Shown here in pieces: positions 31,911 to 45,579 of a stretch of 64,000 nt of DNA (position 1 is its first letter; each line of letters begins with the position of its first letter). The position numbers and the translations under genes were made by a program. The notes under the pieces were generated by a model. That model was not told where the DNA came from. It worked only from the letters and a program-made list of their open reading frames with translations, and did no database searches. The DNA comes from the human T2T-CHM13v2.0 reference genome, Homo sapiens, in NCBI RefSeq assembly GCF_009914755.1, contig NC_060942.1. One strand, written 5' to 3'.

Positions 31911-33056
31911 ATTCATTACATAAACTCCCATTTGCAAAAAGCTTCTCTGCAATCGGTTACAAACATTTTATGAGTTGGGGATTCTCTAGTTAGCATGTAT
32001 AACAGGGAAGGGTTAGCCTTGATTTATGAAGGAAATGGCAGTAAAAGGACAGAAAGATGACTGCAGACAGAAACTATTTTGAGACACAATTAGAATGGCT
32101 CTTAGAGGAGAAAGGGTGAAAGTGGGAATGGACTGGTTTGATTCAATTAATTCTTAGGATGCTGAGGTCATCTATTTTTACCTCCATTATCCTAAGAGTT
32201 AAAACTGTCCTACTGCTCAGAATATAAGTCTTTGGCCTCCACCAGCCTCTGGCCTGATTTACTGTTAACATCTTCACATAACTTTATTTGGTTCTGTATC
32301 AATGCGGATGTGGAATAACGCACAAAACCTTTTAGAAAGGCTCACTTCCTAACGTTATAGTAATTTTAAATGTTTTTAAAATGTGCTTTTCATTTGTTTA
32401 GAAGCATAAGAGCTTACTGAACTTTCTGTTTGGTTGGGACCCATAGGTGTTATATTTTAATATAACAAAATATAATATAGGAAAATATATAATGAAAATA
32501 TATATTTCAATATAATGAAATTTTCATTATACATTTTCCTGTCCTTTGCCTGTTTGTCTGTGGGCATGCCTGCAGAGTCTGATGAAAGTACTCTAAAGTA
32601 AACACTTTTCCTCTTTTATTTATTAAGTTAAAATTTTACTAGCTTTGGGGTACTTTATTTTCACTGAAACATATTCTTAGATTTTGAATTTTTAAAACCA
32701 ATCATAATTTAAAATTTCCATGGTTTCTTGCAAGATAGAGACACTCTAGGAAATTGTTTCATCAAGTAATGAAAACAATATTAACTTAGAAATTACAGAA
32801 TGACTTTACATGAAAATTAATCTCTGCAATAATTGTAATATTCTGGCCATATCCACTATAACGTAAATTTAACTATTTGCTTTTATAAATTGATTTGCTT
32901 CATCTTCTCTCCTATGATTTATTCATTTTTGATATCTCAGTGTCTGCCTACATTTACTGAAAAAAAAATCTCAAAAGTGAAGATAACACAGGTTCTATTC
33001 TCAAATAAATTTTCTATTGCTTCTCAAACTCCTAAATTTTTTCAAAACAAAAACAA

Positions 33057-33475
33057 AAATAAATACTGCACCTGAAGTCTATATCCACATTGGCAGCCCC
33101 ACAAATCTAAACTAGGAAATTGTATCATAATCTTTTGCCCAAAAAACAGATCTATGGCTTGGCCGGGCGCGGTGGCTCACGCCTGTAATCCCAGCACTTT
33201 GGGAGGCCGAGGCAGGTGGATCACGAGGTCAGGAGATCGAGACCATCCTGGCTAACATGGTGAAACCCCGTCTGTACTAAAAATTACAAAAAAAAAAAAA
33301 AAAAAAAAAAATTAGCCGGGCGTGGTGGCGGGCGCCTGTAGTCCCAGCTACTCAGGAGGCTGAGGCAGGAGAATGGTGTGAATCTGGGAGGCGGAGCTTG
33401 CAGTGAGCCGAGAGCGTGCCACTGCACTCCAACTGCACTCCAGCCTGGGCGACAGATGAGACTGTCTCAAAAAAA

Positions 33476-33506
<31 letters not shown>

Positions 33507-33706
33507 AACAAAAATAAAAAAAACAGATCTATGGCTCTCTCCTGGAGCAGAGGGGGCAGGTATCAATCTCTCCACTTCTCTCCCTGTGTGAACACCTTAA
33601 TCAATCCCTTGCTGCCTTTGACCTATGCTATCATGTTACTCTGGCACCTACGTGGGACAGGTGGCCTGTGTCTTTCTTGTGCCAGTTGCAGGATTGGCCA
33701 CCATGC
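33057..33706 (+). repeat. 273-bp spaced direct duplication, copy 2, interrupted by AluY
   Basis: See copy 1. Confidence 0.95.
33161..33517 (+). mobile_element. AluY
   Basis: gagatcgagaccatcctggctaac, gaatggtgtgaa, ggagcttgcag diagnostics; TSD aaaaaacagatctatggct 33141-33159 / 33518-33536; long middle A-run, 11-bp internal tandem duplication 33421-33442, (TAAA)n tail. Confidence 0.95.
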
Positions 33707-33825
33707 ATTAGTGCATTAGAGGTAGACTTTTATTTCGCTTCAGGTAACATTAAATACTAGTACAAAGCCATCATAAATGGATACTGATGACTTAGAAGAG
33801 GGAAAAGTAAGATAAAAGAGCTGTC

Positions 33826-34093
33826 TTATTCTGGAAATCTATTGAACAGCATGATGACTATAGTTAATAAACATACTATCAACTTGAAAATTGCCAGGAG
33901 AGGAGATCTGAAATGTTCTCACAACCAAAACAAAAGTATGTGAGGTGATGATGGATATGTTAATTACCTTGATTAAATCATTTCATGATGTGTATATGTA
34001 TTATATACATATATCACATTCACTGTAAATATACACAATTTCTACTTGTCAATTATATTTTGATAAAGCTAGGGGGGCAGGTACATTTTTTAA
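33826..34093 (+). mobile_element. Short L1MA/L1MB 3'-end insertion
   Basis: acagcatgatgactatagttaataa...tgtgaggtgatg...ataaagct; TSD aaaagagctgtc 33814-33825 / 34094-34105. Confidence 0.8.
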
Positions 34094-34429
34094 AAAAGAG
34101 CTGTCAATATTTGGGAGTAAGGGCAGTGGAGTTCAGATGTGTTCCAGGCCTGAGGATGGCTCTGAGGTTGAAGATGTACCCAGGAAGCACTGAAATCTCT
34201 TTTCAGCTCCAGTAAAGTACACCCTGGTGATCACTGGTGTAAGAATAAGTCAGGTCACCTTCACTTCCATGATGTACACATTTGAAGTATATTCTGTTAT
34301 CTTAAAACCTCCCATTTGCTGTCCCTGGATATCAAGGACTTGATATCATAGTCAGGCTCACAACTGGCTTTTAGTGTCTGGGAGCTCTTGTTTCATGCTT
34401 TGAGAGACAATTGAATATTTTCTCCTATT

Positions 34430-35330
34430 AAAATTGTAAAGAATTAAAATGACAATGAAATACTACTACATACCTATTAGAATGGCTAAAATCAACAACA
34501 CTGACAACACAAAATACCGGGGAGGCTGTAGAGTAATAGGAAGGCTCATTCATTGCTGATGGGAATGCAAAATGGTGCAGCCACTCTGGAAGATAGTTTG
34601 ATAGTTTCTTAGAAAACTAAACATACTCTTACCATATGAGCCACCAAATTGTACTTACCCAAATGAGTTGAAAACGTATGTCCACACAAAAACCTGCACA
34701 CAAATGTTTATAGTAGCTTTATTCATAATTGCTAATACCTGGAAGCCAATCAAGATGTCCTTCCATTGATAAATGGATAAACTGTGGCATATTCATAAAA
34801 TAGATTTTATTCAGTAATAAAAAGAAATAAGCTATCATGCCATGAAAAGATAGAGAAGACTCTTAAGTGCATATTGCTAAGTTAAAGGAGCCAATCTGAA
34901 AAATTACATTCCTTTTCATGTATGATTCCAACTATATAATATTCTAGAACAGGCCAAACTGTGAGGGTAAAAAGATCCCTGGTTGCCAGGGGCTCAGTGA
35001 GAGAGAGGGAGAGATGAATAAGTGGAATACAGAGAATTTTGGGGCAGCTGAAACTGTTGTGTATGATACTGCAATGGTGGATACATGCTGTTACACATTT
35101 GTCAAAACCCATAGAATGTACAGCACAAAGACTGAGCCATTGAGGGTAAACTTTAGTTAATAAAAATGTATCAATATTGTCTCATCAACTGTAACAAATA
35201 TACCACACTAATACAATATTTTAATAAGGGGAAAAACTGTGTGTGTGGTGAAGTGAGGATGTACATGGGAATCTATGCTTGCCACTCAATTATTCTGCAA
35301 ACCTAAAACTGTTCTTAGTCTATTTAATAC
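34430..35330 (+). mobile_element. L1MC/L1MD-type ORF2 end and 3'UTR
   Basis: cctattagaatggctaaaatc...gtccacacaaaaacctgcacac...gtcaaaacccatagaatgtaca...cctaaaactgttct. Confidence 0.8.
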
Positions 35331-36810
35331 ATATATATATATATATACACATACATAAAATAATTTTAAAGTGGTAGGGAAAACTTAAAGATCAGACTTC
35401 ATCAGTAACCCATATAATTATGTATTAGTTGTTTCTCTGTAACAATTGAGGAAATATTTTGATATTGGCAAAACATCATTGGTCTCTTGGTACTACAGAT
35501 TACAATAAAGACAGAAAAATGATTTTAAGTCCAAGAAATACAAAAGCATCTAGACTGAAATAAATCAACTGCTAGCCCAGAGAAACTCCAAAAGACTGAA
35601 TCCATCTGTTAGAAAATATTATTCCCAGAACTCAATAAGAAACAGGGAAAATTGAGGAAGAATATGAAAGAGAAAAAGAGTTTGGAGCAAGCAAAATGGA
35701 AGAAAGAAAAAATATTTGAAAATAAAAGGCAGTAGAAAGAACAAAAGATGAAAAATAAAGTATTCCAATGTTTAATAATGTACTTACATGAAGAATAAAG
35801 TCAAATAAAAACATGTGCAAGTGTCTACAAATTCTTTTTAATCTAGTGACTCCAATAAGATTGATTGTGTAATTATCAACCAATAGTTTTTCTCTAGGAT
35901 TTTTCTTCCTAGAGGAAGGTGAAGATATGAAGAGAGGTTTATAAAAATACACTGTTCAGGTATATTTTGTGCTGTGGTTACTTGTAGAGTATCTGATTAT
36001 TTTTGCTATTAATTAATGCACATTTTGAAAATGGATTAAAAGTTTGTAATAATGATAATAGTATATGTAAAATCAATTTTTAGGAGTTTCAAAGAGCCAT
36101 TAAATATAGATGGCAGTTTGGATATTGACTTTTCTACCACAAAGGTTTGAATAACAACCAAAAAATGGCACATCTCTGCTATTGACTAGCATCGTGAAGC
36201 TGAACTACAATCAATGATTTGAAAGGTTTATTCAAAAGTCTGAGAGTTAGTTATTGGATTTGCCCACTTCATAGACATTTTGCATTCAAGCACTGCAGTA
36301 AATTTGGGTGCATATTTGTATGATGTTTAGGAAACCTCTGTACTGTTTCATTATTTTGATGTTTCCAATGTGAGGAAAGCAGCTTGAAAATAGTTTAAAA
36401 GGAAGGAGATAATACAATTCAAATTCTTACCATGGGCTTGCTTTTTTTTTAAGCCTCTATTGTATGTCTTTTGTGAAATTCTGTAATTTCTGGAAGCAAC
36501 ATTTTAGAATATACTCCTAACCATATATTTTCAATACTTTAACATTTAAATTGAGATACTAAAAGCAAATGGGATATGTTTGCCAAGAACCTATTTGTTG
36601 TTGATTTTCTAGGTGGGAACAGTATGTAAAACATCTACTTTCTAGTCTATTATGTTACCTATATTATTCTATAAGACATACTTTTACGCCTTTTAAAAGT
36701 AGAAAAATTCTAATTTAAGAAGGCTGGCATAGAGTCTAGTCTTAGATAAACGTTTTTAAGTGACTCCAGGAATGCTGCTCTGAATCTCAGTCATCTCATC
36801 ATTAAATGGG

Positions 36811-37162
36811 AGTCATGTGTTGTATGTATATAACAACATTTTGGCCAACAAATACGGCATATACAATGGTGGTCCCATAAGATTATAATACTATATTTTT
36901 ACTGTACCATTTCTATGTTTAGATATATTTAGATAAACAAATACTTACCATTGTGTTACAATTGCCTACCGTATTCAGTACAGTAACATGCTATATGAGT
37001 TTGTAGCCTAGGAGCCATAGGCCATACCATTTAGCCTGGGTGTGTACTAGGCTGTCCCATCTAGGTTTGTGTAAGTATACTTTATGATGCTCACACAATA
37101 ACAAAATTGCCTAATGATGTATTTTTCAGATTGTATCCCCATCATTAAGCAATGCATAACTG
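36811..37162 (+). mobile_element. Tigger3a (TcMar DNA transposon derivative), inserted in a MIR remnant
   Basis: agtcatg...cataactg terminal inverted ends; internal ggtggtcccataagattataatac and aaatacttaccattgtgttacaattgcctac. Confidence 0.88.
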
Positions 37163-38059
37163 AATTATCTCTATCCCATTTCCCAGGGTCATCAAAAGGC
37201 TTAAATGGGCTGCACTGTAAATGATGTAAGCTGGGAGAATGTCAGCCTTATTGGTAGTGACTGGAGCAGCCAACCTGGAATATAATAGTATGGCATTCAA
37301 ACTGGCAGACTAAGAGGTCTCCCAAATCCACAGCCTTTTGGGGCTAATCTCAGATTGGCAGCCTGTTCTAGAAATGTTAGTTTGTATTCTTCATTAAAGT
37401 GGTGAAGAAGCCTAGAGACTTATTTTAGCCAAACTCTCTTACTTGACAAATGAGTAATCTGAGGTCTAAAAGATGTTATTTACTCAAATGTTTGTCATGG
37501 TAGGACCTTCTGATTCTCTTCTTCATATTGCTTTCAATATGTCACACAATTAAGGGCACTGTGGACATAAAACTTAGTCCATAAACTAAGTCTAGGTTAA
37601 GAGCTAGAAAAGGAACTTCTATTAGTGAAAAGAAGAGCAGCACAGCAGGTGGGTTCAAATGAGCCGAGCCCCAGAGTTTCTTCCTCTTAAATCAACCAGG
37701 GTAGGCTATACCTAGCAGTCAACAGAAACAAGGGCTGGAGAGAAAGAAAAAAAATATGGGAAAAAAAAAAACCACGCTCCGATGATCTGGGACCAAAGAA
37801 AGGTTGTAAGATTAAAAAAAGAAAAAGAAAAAAAAAAGGGAAAGGAGAACGAAGGAAGTGGTCAAAGAAAGCATTACATACCACTTATTGGTTTATCTAT
37901 TTTGTTATGTAACATAGACGTGTGTATAGCATAGTACAAAGAACAGAGAATAGAAGTGGGAGATGAATTTGAATCCTGACTCTTTACTAGATACCACTTG
38001 AGAAAAAAAAAACCATTGTAAAGGATTTTCTCACTTATGAATAAATTGTATGTTCTTTC

Positions 38060-38290
38060 ACCAGATATGTGCTGAATACCTATTATGTGCCAGGTATTGT
38101 ACTTGTTATTCCATTTATTCCTCTCCCCAGCCCCCAAATCCTCCCAAGTCCCTCTACATACCACAGATTTACAAAAGAGGACCCTGGGACTTAGAAAGTT
38201 AAATAAATTTACTCAAGGTCACAAAGCCAGTAAGCAGTGGAGCTTGGATTGAAATTCAGATCAGCAGTACTCCAAAACTTCTCATTTTCA
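38060..38290 (-). mobile_element. MIR
   Basis: cttagaaagttaaataaatttactcaaggtcacaaagccagtaagcagtggagcttggattgaaa. Confidence 0.7.
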
Positions 38291-39139
38291 TCATATCTGG
38301 TTACTGATCCTGTTTCTAAGAAACAAAATTAATTAAATGTGTTTAGCTATCAGTCCCAGAAACATGCAATCTTTATTTATCATGATGAAAGTACAGAAAA
38401 CTCTCTTGATTGTCGAATTTCAAGTGCTGCACGTAGGTACTCAATAAGTATATATTGACCAGTGGATTATTATTACTCCTTACTTTTTTTCTTCTCTCTT
38501 CTTTTGCCTTTTGCATTGCCTGATCAATTTTTATACTGTGTAAAAATTTCCTTCCTTCTTTCTTCCTTTCCTTTCTTTCAATTGTATATATGTATATATA
38601 TATATATATCCTTTTAAGTGTGGCATAAATATTTTCAGCCTGAGTTCATTTGTTTATAGTAAGCAATTGTAATAACTTACAATCTGGCCTATTTCTATCA
38701 ACTTTGCTTTCTATTTTTGAGATTATTTGCAATTGCCTTTTTTTCTATCTTTTGTTCTATATTGTTTTGCCTGTCGCTATTTTCTCTTGATTTGAAAAGT
38801 ATTCATTTCTTAAATATTTTTTACTGAATTACTTTTTTAAAAAACAAATTTTCAGAATTACAGTCTTTAATTATTAGAAACACAAATTTAGCAGGCTTTT
38901 GCCACCCTGATTCCCATTGCAAACTTTTGTAAGCTTTGGTTTAGACTCTCTAGCAGGACATAAAATAGTAGCAACCTCGATTACTTAAACTGATATAGAT
39001 ACACATTTGTGGTTTGATCAAATGTGTATCAGATACACATTTGATATATATATATATCATATATAGATACACATTTGATAAAGAATCACATTTGTGCTTA
39101 AAAAAGGTATAGGTTATAAGAAGAGTACAAATGGATTTT

Positions 39140-39675
39140 CTGTTCTCAATAAAACAGCCAGAGCTATCCTTTTAAAACCTGTGTCAGAACATGTCATTTT
39201 TCTCCTCAGAGCATTTCATGGTCTCAATTCACCCAGAGTAAACCCCAAAATCCTCAGAGTGGTCTCCAAAGCCCTACACAGTCTATGTCCCATTACCTGT
39301 CTGATCTCATCATTGATTATTTTCCCCCTTCATTCAATGCACTCTGGCTACACCGGCTTTCTCGCTAGTTCTTCAACACATTAGAGCTGCTTTCACCTTA
39401 GGCTTTTCCAGGAGCTCTTTCCTCTGTCTGAACCATTCTTCCACCAGATATGCATGTGTCTAACTCCCTCACATCCTCCAAATGGTGGCCAACTGTCACT
39501 TTCCCACAATCTTACTTAAAATTGGAAGCTCTAGGACCCCCCCAATCACTCTTACCTTGTTTATGTTTTAAAGAGCAACAGCGTGTCTATTTCTAGCACA
39601 CTGCATAATTTATCACGCTTGTTGTTTGTTTCTTCCTTCTCATCCCACAAGAAGCTCTATGGCAGAAAGGTTTTG
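39140..39675 (+). mobile_element. L2 (L2a-like) 3' region
   Basis: cagccagagctatccttttaaaac...tcagaacatgtca...aagccctacac...ctaactccctcacatcctcca. Confidence 0.7.
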
Positions 39676-40224
39676 TTAGAGGTTCTGCTGTTTACTAAGA
39701 CACACATTTTCTAAATGAACTTTAGACTCTGCCAGAAGGAAAGAAGAAGAAGAAGAAGATATTTGTGTTGATTTCAAGGATAAGGCAACATTAAAAACTC
39801 TGTTCAATAGACTCAGAATTGAGGTGGTGTAGGGAATACTGTGACCCCATATAGACTTCATCATGACAAATGAAGTGAGCAGTCCCAGTAAAGTCAACAT
39901 GTAGGTGTGATGTTTGGTCATGTTACGAGAAGTTTAAAATACAACAACAGCACTAGAAGTATGGCTTTACCATATACTAGGCCAACTTTACTTAAGATGA
40001 AAGAAGAATGAAAGATCACAAGACAGTCAAAAACCTACCTTAGACACGGCTCAAGAAATCATTTCTGGGTGAAAACTAAAGGGACATCACTTTCAATAAA
40101 ATGGAAATTGTTATTTTAAAAATCACAAATGCTTAACAATACAAGTCACAGTGTTACTGAGCAGAGCAGAGACATCCTGAAAGGTGAGGATAAAAGGAAG
40201 ATAAGTAGGTGAAATTATATCACT

Positions 40225-40460
40225 AATATTTATTTAGCACTTACTGTATGCAAAGAATTATGCTAAGCATTTTGCTACATATTATTTCAAAAGTCCTTAA
40301 AAAAAAAAACCCCTCTGAGTTTTTAAAAAAACCCTCATTATCCAGGTGAGAAAACTGAGTCTTAGAGAGGTCATGTGGCTTTCCCAGGAGCATACAGCTA
40401 CTCAAAGTAGTTGCGAATATGAGTCTTAAGTTTTGTTCTGTCTCTTGTCAAATTCTAGGC
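40225..40460 (-). mobile_element. MIR
   Basis: tttatttagcacttactgtatgc...caggtgagaaaactgagtcttagagaggt. Confidence 0.7.
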
Positions 40461-42624
40461 TTTTACTTCTACTGTGATACTGAATCTGAGCTAACAAATT
40501 CACACAAATCTACTGGAGCCCTATGAGAAAACAGCATGAAAAAACCTCAAGAAAGAGAAATAGGGTGTTTTCTTGTTTAGTTGATGAGGAGATAGAAAGA
40601 AGTAAGGAAAATACGAAGCATTTAAAGCTAAATCCAATCCACCTAGAATTCATCAGGGAGAATACACAGGAATAGCATATAGTAAAAATGACTTTAGAAG
40701 AGTCGGTTTTTGCCTGCAGTGTGCAGATAAAAATAAATCAAATATGATAGAGAAGGAGTTCAGAGAAATTACAAGAGAACAGGATCTGTCCTCCCAGAAG
40801 AAGCTGTGCTTTACTACTGTAGGGATCCGACAGAAGTCTGAGATTAGAGAAGTCACTAGTGGAAAGAGAAGAGGGAGTTAGAGCACACTAAGAAAATACA
40901 TAAGAGAGTGAAAGACAAAATGAAACAGGAATCTATATTGTAAACATTGCAAATATGCAAGCATATTTTTGACAGAAAATAAGCAACAAAATTTATTCTC
41001 AAGCAGTAGAAAAAACAATATTGATAAATCCACTGATCTGAGCTTTCATACCAGTCAACAGAGGAAAAGTTCCCCAAATATGCGTGTATTTTTTGTTTAC
41101 CACACCAGAAATTGGGCACTCAAAAGATAAAAATTATTGGAATATGTGGCAGTCCATTGTGTATTGAAGAGGATACAGGTTAATAATCTTGTTTCAAGAA
41201 GTTGAACAGTTGGAGGTTTCAGCATATTCTTATTTAAACCCACAGCCTAAAAACCTTAAGAGGAAGAAAAAAAAACACACACACAGAAAGTGAGAAGTGA
41301 GTCAGTAAGCCAGATATTTAGATACAAAAACCAATAAAGATTGTAAAACAAAAAGTGGTCAAACTGTTCAATAGTGGGCTTACTTTCTCAGAAGAAGGAA
41401 AATATGGCAGCAACATAGTAAAGACAGGAACATTCCTGTAAGATTAAAAACTACGTGATAAATAATGACAGCTCTGCTTTTTCAGAGATGTCAGAAAATG
41501 TTAAAATAATCACATAGTGGAAGAAGTAATGCCAATTACAATGAAGGATAAAGTTAATATTTCTAGTATCAGATATGCTTTTTAATGTAGAGTATTTACA
41601 AAAAGAAGGAAAAGATTTCCAGCTGGAGTTGGAATATAAATGATAAAAATCAATGAGCAAGAGAGGTGATTCTCACTGGAAAAAGTGCAGATGATGAAAG
41701 ACAAGATATAAAAGAACAGTAGGTGGTGGTGGGCTTAAGAAATTTAAAAAGTTAGATGGTACCCAATAAAGTACATTTAATAAAAATGTATTTGTGCAGC
41801 TATTTCATGTTTGGGCAGTGGCAGGCTGGAATAAAGAGAAAACCAGGGCAAAGCTGAGATGCCAGAGAAAACACATAATCTAACAGAAAGCATCCATGTT
41901 GAAATGTGAGCAGCAGGCTTGTTCCTGGATGTAAGTGTCCATCTCTGAATTTTATACAGGAGATTAGAGCAAAAGGACATAATTCTTTGGTGCTTTTTTC
42001 CCCAGTGGCTTATGGAAGAATAAGTAAATGGCTAATAACATGGGAAGAATTTCTAAATTTCTAAAGACAATTTTAAAAAAGAAAGAGAGGTAAAAAGGCT
42101 TATAATTGGGTATGCCAAATTTTTCTTTAAACCATCTGATTTACCAGATAAGTTACTGAAATATCCATTATCTACATTCTTCAGACTAAACTGTAATTTA
42201 TTTTCTCACATATCTGCATCCACTTATAGACTTCAGCTGCTAGAGGACAGGAATCATGTCTTATTCATTTTGGGATGCTAAGTGCTAAGAACATAACAAG
42301 TGCTTCATGGATGTTCTCTGAACTAAAAAAGATATGTGAATATACCATATATTGGTGCAATTAGCGTTCCTTAATGAAAAAAGTAATTAATCTATGGACT
42401 GAGTTGAAGTTGCTTCTAACTGTACAGGTGGTCGGTAAAATAACTCAGAAGAAAACATCCATCAAATATGAAAGTATCAAAGTATAAAGTTGAAAAGGGA
42501 TTTGGTGCACGGTAGCTAAAATGTATGTAGATTATATCACTTTTGATAGTATTTCACTGATACTATCTAAACACTAAGTAGATAATAGGCCAGTGCAAAA
42601 GAAATTGCATATTTACCATTAAAA

Positions 42625-42722
42625 ATACTTCTAGCCTCCAAAATTGTGAGAAAATAAATTTCTGTTGTATAAGCCACCCGGTCTGTGGTACTTTCTTATG
42701 GCATCCCTAGAAAATTCATATA
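42625..42722 (+). mobile_element. MLT1 LTR 3' fragment
   Basis: ttctagcctccaaaattgtgagaaaataaatttctgttgtataagccacccggtctgtggtactttcttatggca. Confidence 0.75.
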
Positions 42723-42984
42723 AATAGTAAGGAATGAGAAGAAGAATGGATGAAAAAAGTATTCAGGAGGCAGAGATGGTAAGACTTAGTGACTGGATAT
42801 GTGAATGGTGAAGAAAAGAAAGGACTTCAGGATTCTTTTTCAGCTTTGTCTGCAGTCCCTCAAATGCATTTACAGATATTCTGAGAGAAGGGATTCTCCG
42901 GTGAGACATGGTAAAGGCTGTCTTTACTATCTTCTCTTCCTTGAGCTCAGTGTTTCACATAGCACTATAAAAGCTCAGAGGAAA

Positions 42985-43362
<378 letters not shown>

Positions 43363-43569
43363 ATAAAACCTCAGAGGATCTGGAGTGATCTCTTCCTTCT
43401 GTAAAGACAAATAGCATTCATTTTTTTAACCCAGCTTTATCCAATCTTATTAACCACAAAATACCTTCCTTCCGTCTTTTCTGTGTTCCATAAAGATGCG
43501 TATTTTTGTGTCAGAATGCCTATCAACATTAAATAAAATGTACATATTTTGGGTCATGATGGTCTAGAA

Positions 43570-44094
43570 CAGCACTGTACAATATAGCAGCCATTAGCCA
43601 TATGTGGTAATTTAAATTTAAATTAATTTAAATGAAATTTTAAAATTTGAGCTCCTCAGCCACAGTTTAAATTTTTAACGAATTTTCAGTTCATTTAAAT
43701 TTTAAATGAAATTTACTTTATCCCTTCATCTGTTGATGGACACTTAGGTTTCTTCCAAATCTTAGCTATTGTAAACAGTGCTGTAACAAGCATAGAAGTG
43801 CAGATATCTCTATGATATACTGATTTCCTTTCTCTTGGATATATACCCAGCAGGGGGATTGCTGGATTATGTGGTAGCTCAATTTTTAGTTTTTTGGGGA
43901 ACCACCAAACTGTTCTCCACAGTGGTTGTGCCAATTTACATTCCCACCAGCAACAATGTACAAGATATTCAGTTCCTCAGCCACAAAATCCACACTTCAG
44001 GTGCTCAAAAGCCACATGTGGTTAGAGGCTACTACGTTAAACGGTACAGACATAGAATATGCTCATCTTCACAAAAAATATGTTGAACAGCACT
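43570..44094 (-). mobile_element. MER3-like hAT-Charlie MITE, split (43570-43664, 43968-44094)
   Basis: cagcactgtacaatatagcagccattagccatatgtgg...gtgctcaaaagccacatgtggttagaggctac...gaacagcact. Confidence 0.75.
43714..43965 (-). mobile_element. Internal L1 ORF2 C-terminal fragment without 3'UTR or poly(A)
   Basis: [31 protein letters not shown]...ALFTIAKIWKKPKCPSTDE. Confidence 0.88.
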
Positions 44095-44399
44095 ATGTTG
44101 CAATACCTTCTAGATTACTTAATTGGGTAAAGGGGTGAATCAAGAGATATAAAATTGAGAAAAAGAAATATTTTGTCTAGGGTATTTTTCTTTGAGGGGA
44201 AAAAGTGGAAGAAAGATGCAATTGCAGTTTATGACTTGCTGAGTTTCAGTTTTCTCTGATATATACAAGTGTAGCTGTTTATCTTAGACTAATGCTCACA
44301 GGAGACATCAAACTTTGGAGGCAAGGATTTGGATTTTATCGTTATACATAAAGTTAGTAAATCCAAGAATACAGAAATAGATAGATGGTGCAAGAAAAC

Positions 44400-44930
44400 C
44401 AGGCAGTGAGAACAGAACAGTAGCTCTGGGACATAATCCTCAAAACTCTTCAGAGGCAAACAGGAGAAATGGTCTAGGGAATAAATCAGCTGACCTACAA
44501 AAGGAAAAGCCAAGGAGGAGTGTCAGGAGGCCAAGTAAAGTGGGTTCTCAGAGAAAAAACTGGTGTTTGGTAATATTAAAGACAACAACAAGTTCCAGGG
44601 AAACAGACTAAAACGTGTTCTTTAGATGTACAAGTATGAAGCTATGGTGAGATTTGTCAGAATGATTTCATAGGGCTCCCTTAGGAAGAGGAGTCAGATT
44701 TCACTGTGTCGAAGATCTGTTGATTACATTTCATCGATGACGGCTGCAAACAAAAAGACAGAGACAGTTTTTGCTTCAAGGAAAAACTAGAGATTTTGTT
44801 TTTCAGATGAGAGAAACTTGAACACACTTGCAAGTTAAGGAGAAAGAGCCACTTGAAAGGGAGAGGTTGATGATATAAAGGAGGAAAGAGGTAACTGGTA
44901 GAAGAGCAAGGAGGAGGTAGTAATCAAGAG
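44400..44930 (-). mobile_element. L2 remnant
   Basis: Purine-rich degenerate L2 text (gtgtcaggaggccaagtaaag, tttttcagatgagagaaacttgaacaca). Confidence 0.45.
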
Positions 44931-45579
44931 CTTAGGGGAACAGACCCCAACCATGGCTCCTACTAGGAGGCAGAACAACACGTCTTGCTGGCTCCCACTC
45001 CAGATCAATACCCAAGAACACAAACCAAGACTGGAAGGAGACTAACTGACATTCCTGTGGTGGTGGGTCCATAGGAGCTCATAACTTTGAAATAAATAAT
45101 GGATAGAAATAGGGAGATACAAAGATAGAAAGGCAAAAAGAGGCTGTGTGTGGACCAATGCAGAAAGTATTTCATGAAACAAAGATAAAATGGACAAAAT
45201 TCTACATGCCAGAGGTCCAATAAGATAAAGAGAAAAGAGGGGAGAAACTAACATAGATAAAGCAATTGACTTTAATCTTGAGGAAGGCTACTTTATGTCT
45301 GACTTGACAAATGTGATGAAGTCAAGGTGTAAATAAGTGTATAATTCAGGCGTAAATAGGTATAGACATAAATACATTTTTATGTGCAAGGTGAGAAGGG
45401 AAGTTGTCATTCACAGCTAATGTTCCCAATTTTCTTGATTTGGAAGCAATTTAATCCTCTGAGAGAGAGAGGAGGGGCAGTTGGTTGAAATGAATGCTGA
45501 AGATTTAGAACATTTGATGATGAAAAAATACAATCAAGAATAGTTATATTCTCAAATTCCTTTTCTTTGATGGCATAGG

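Noticed and set aside
31137-33706. The 273-bp direct repeats as LTRs of an unknown element
   Set aside because: No TG...CA ends, PBS, PPT or outer TSD, and the spacer holds much older FLAM and L2 pieces
39750-41700. Possible very old RTE/CR1-like coding remnant (e.g. IDFIMTNE) in purine-rich sequence
   Set aside because: Motif similarity too weak to call by eye; needs a Dfam HMM search
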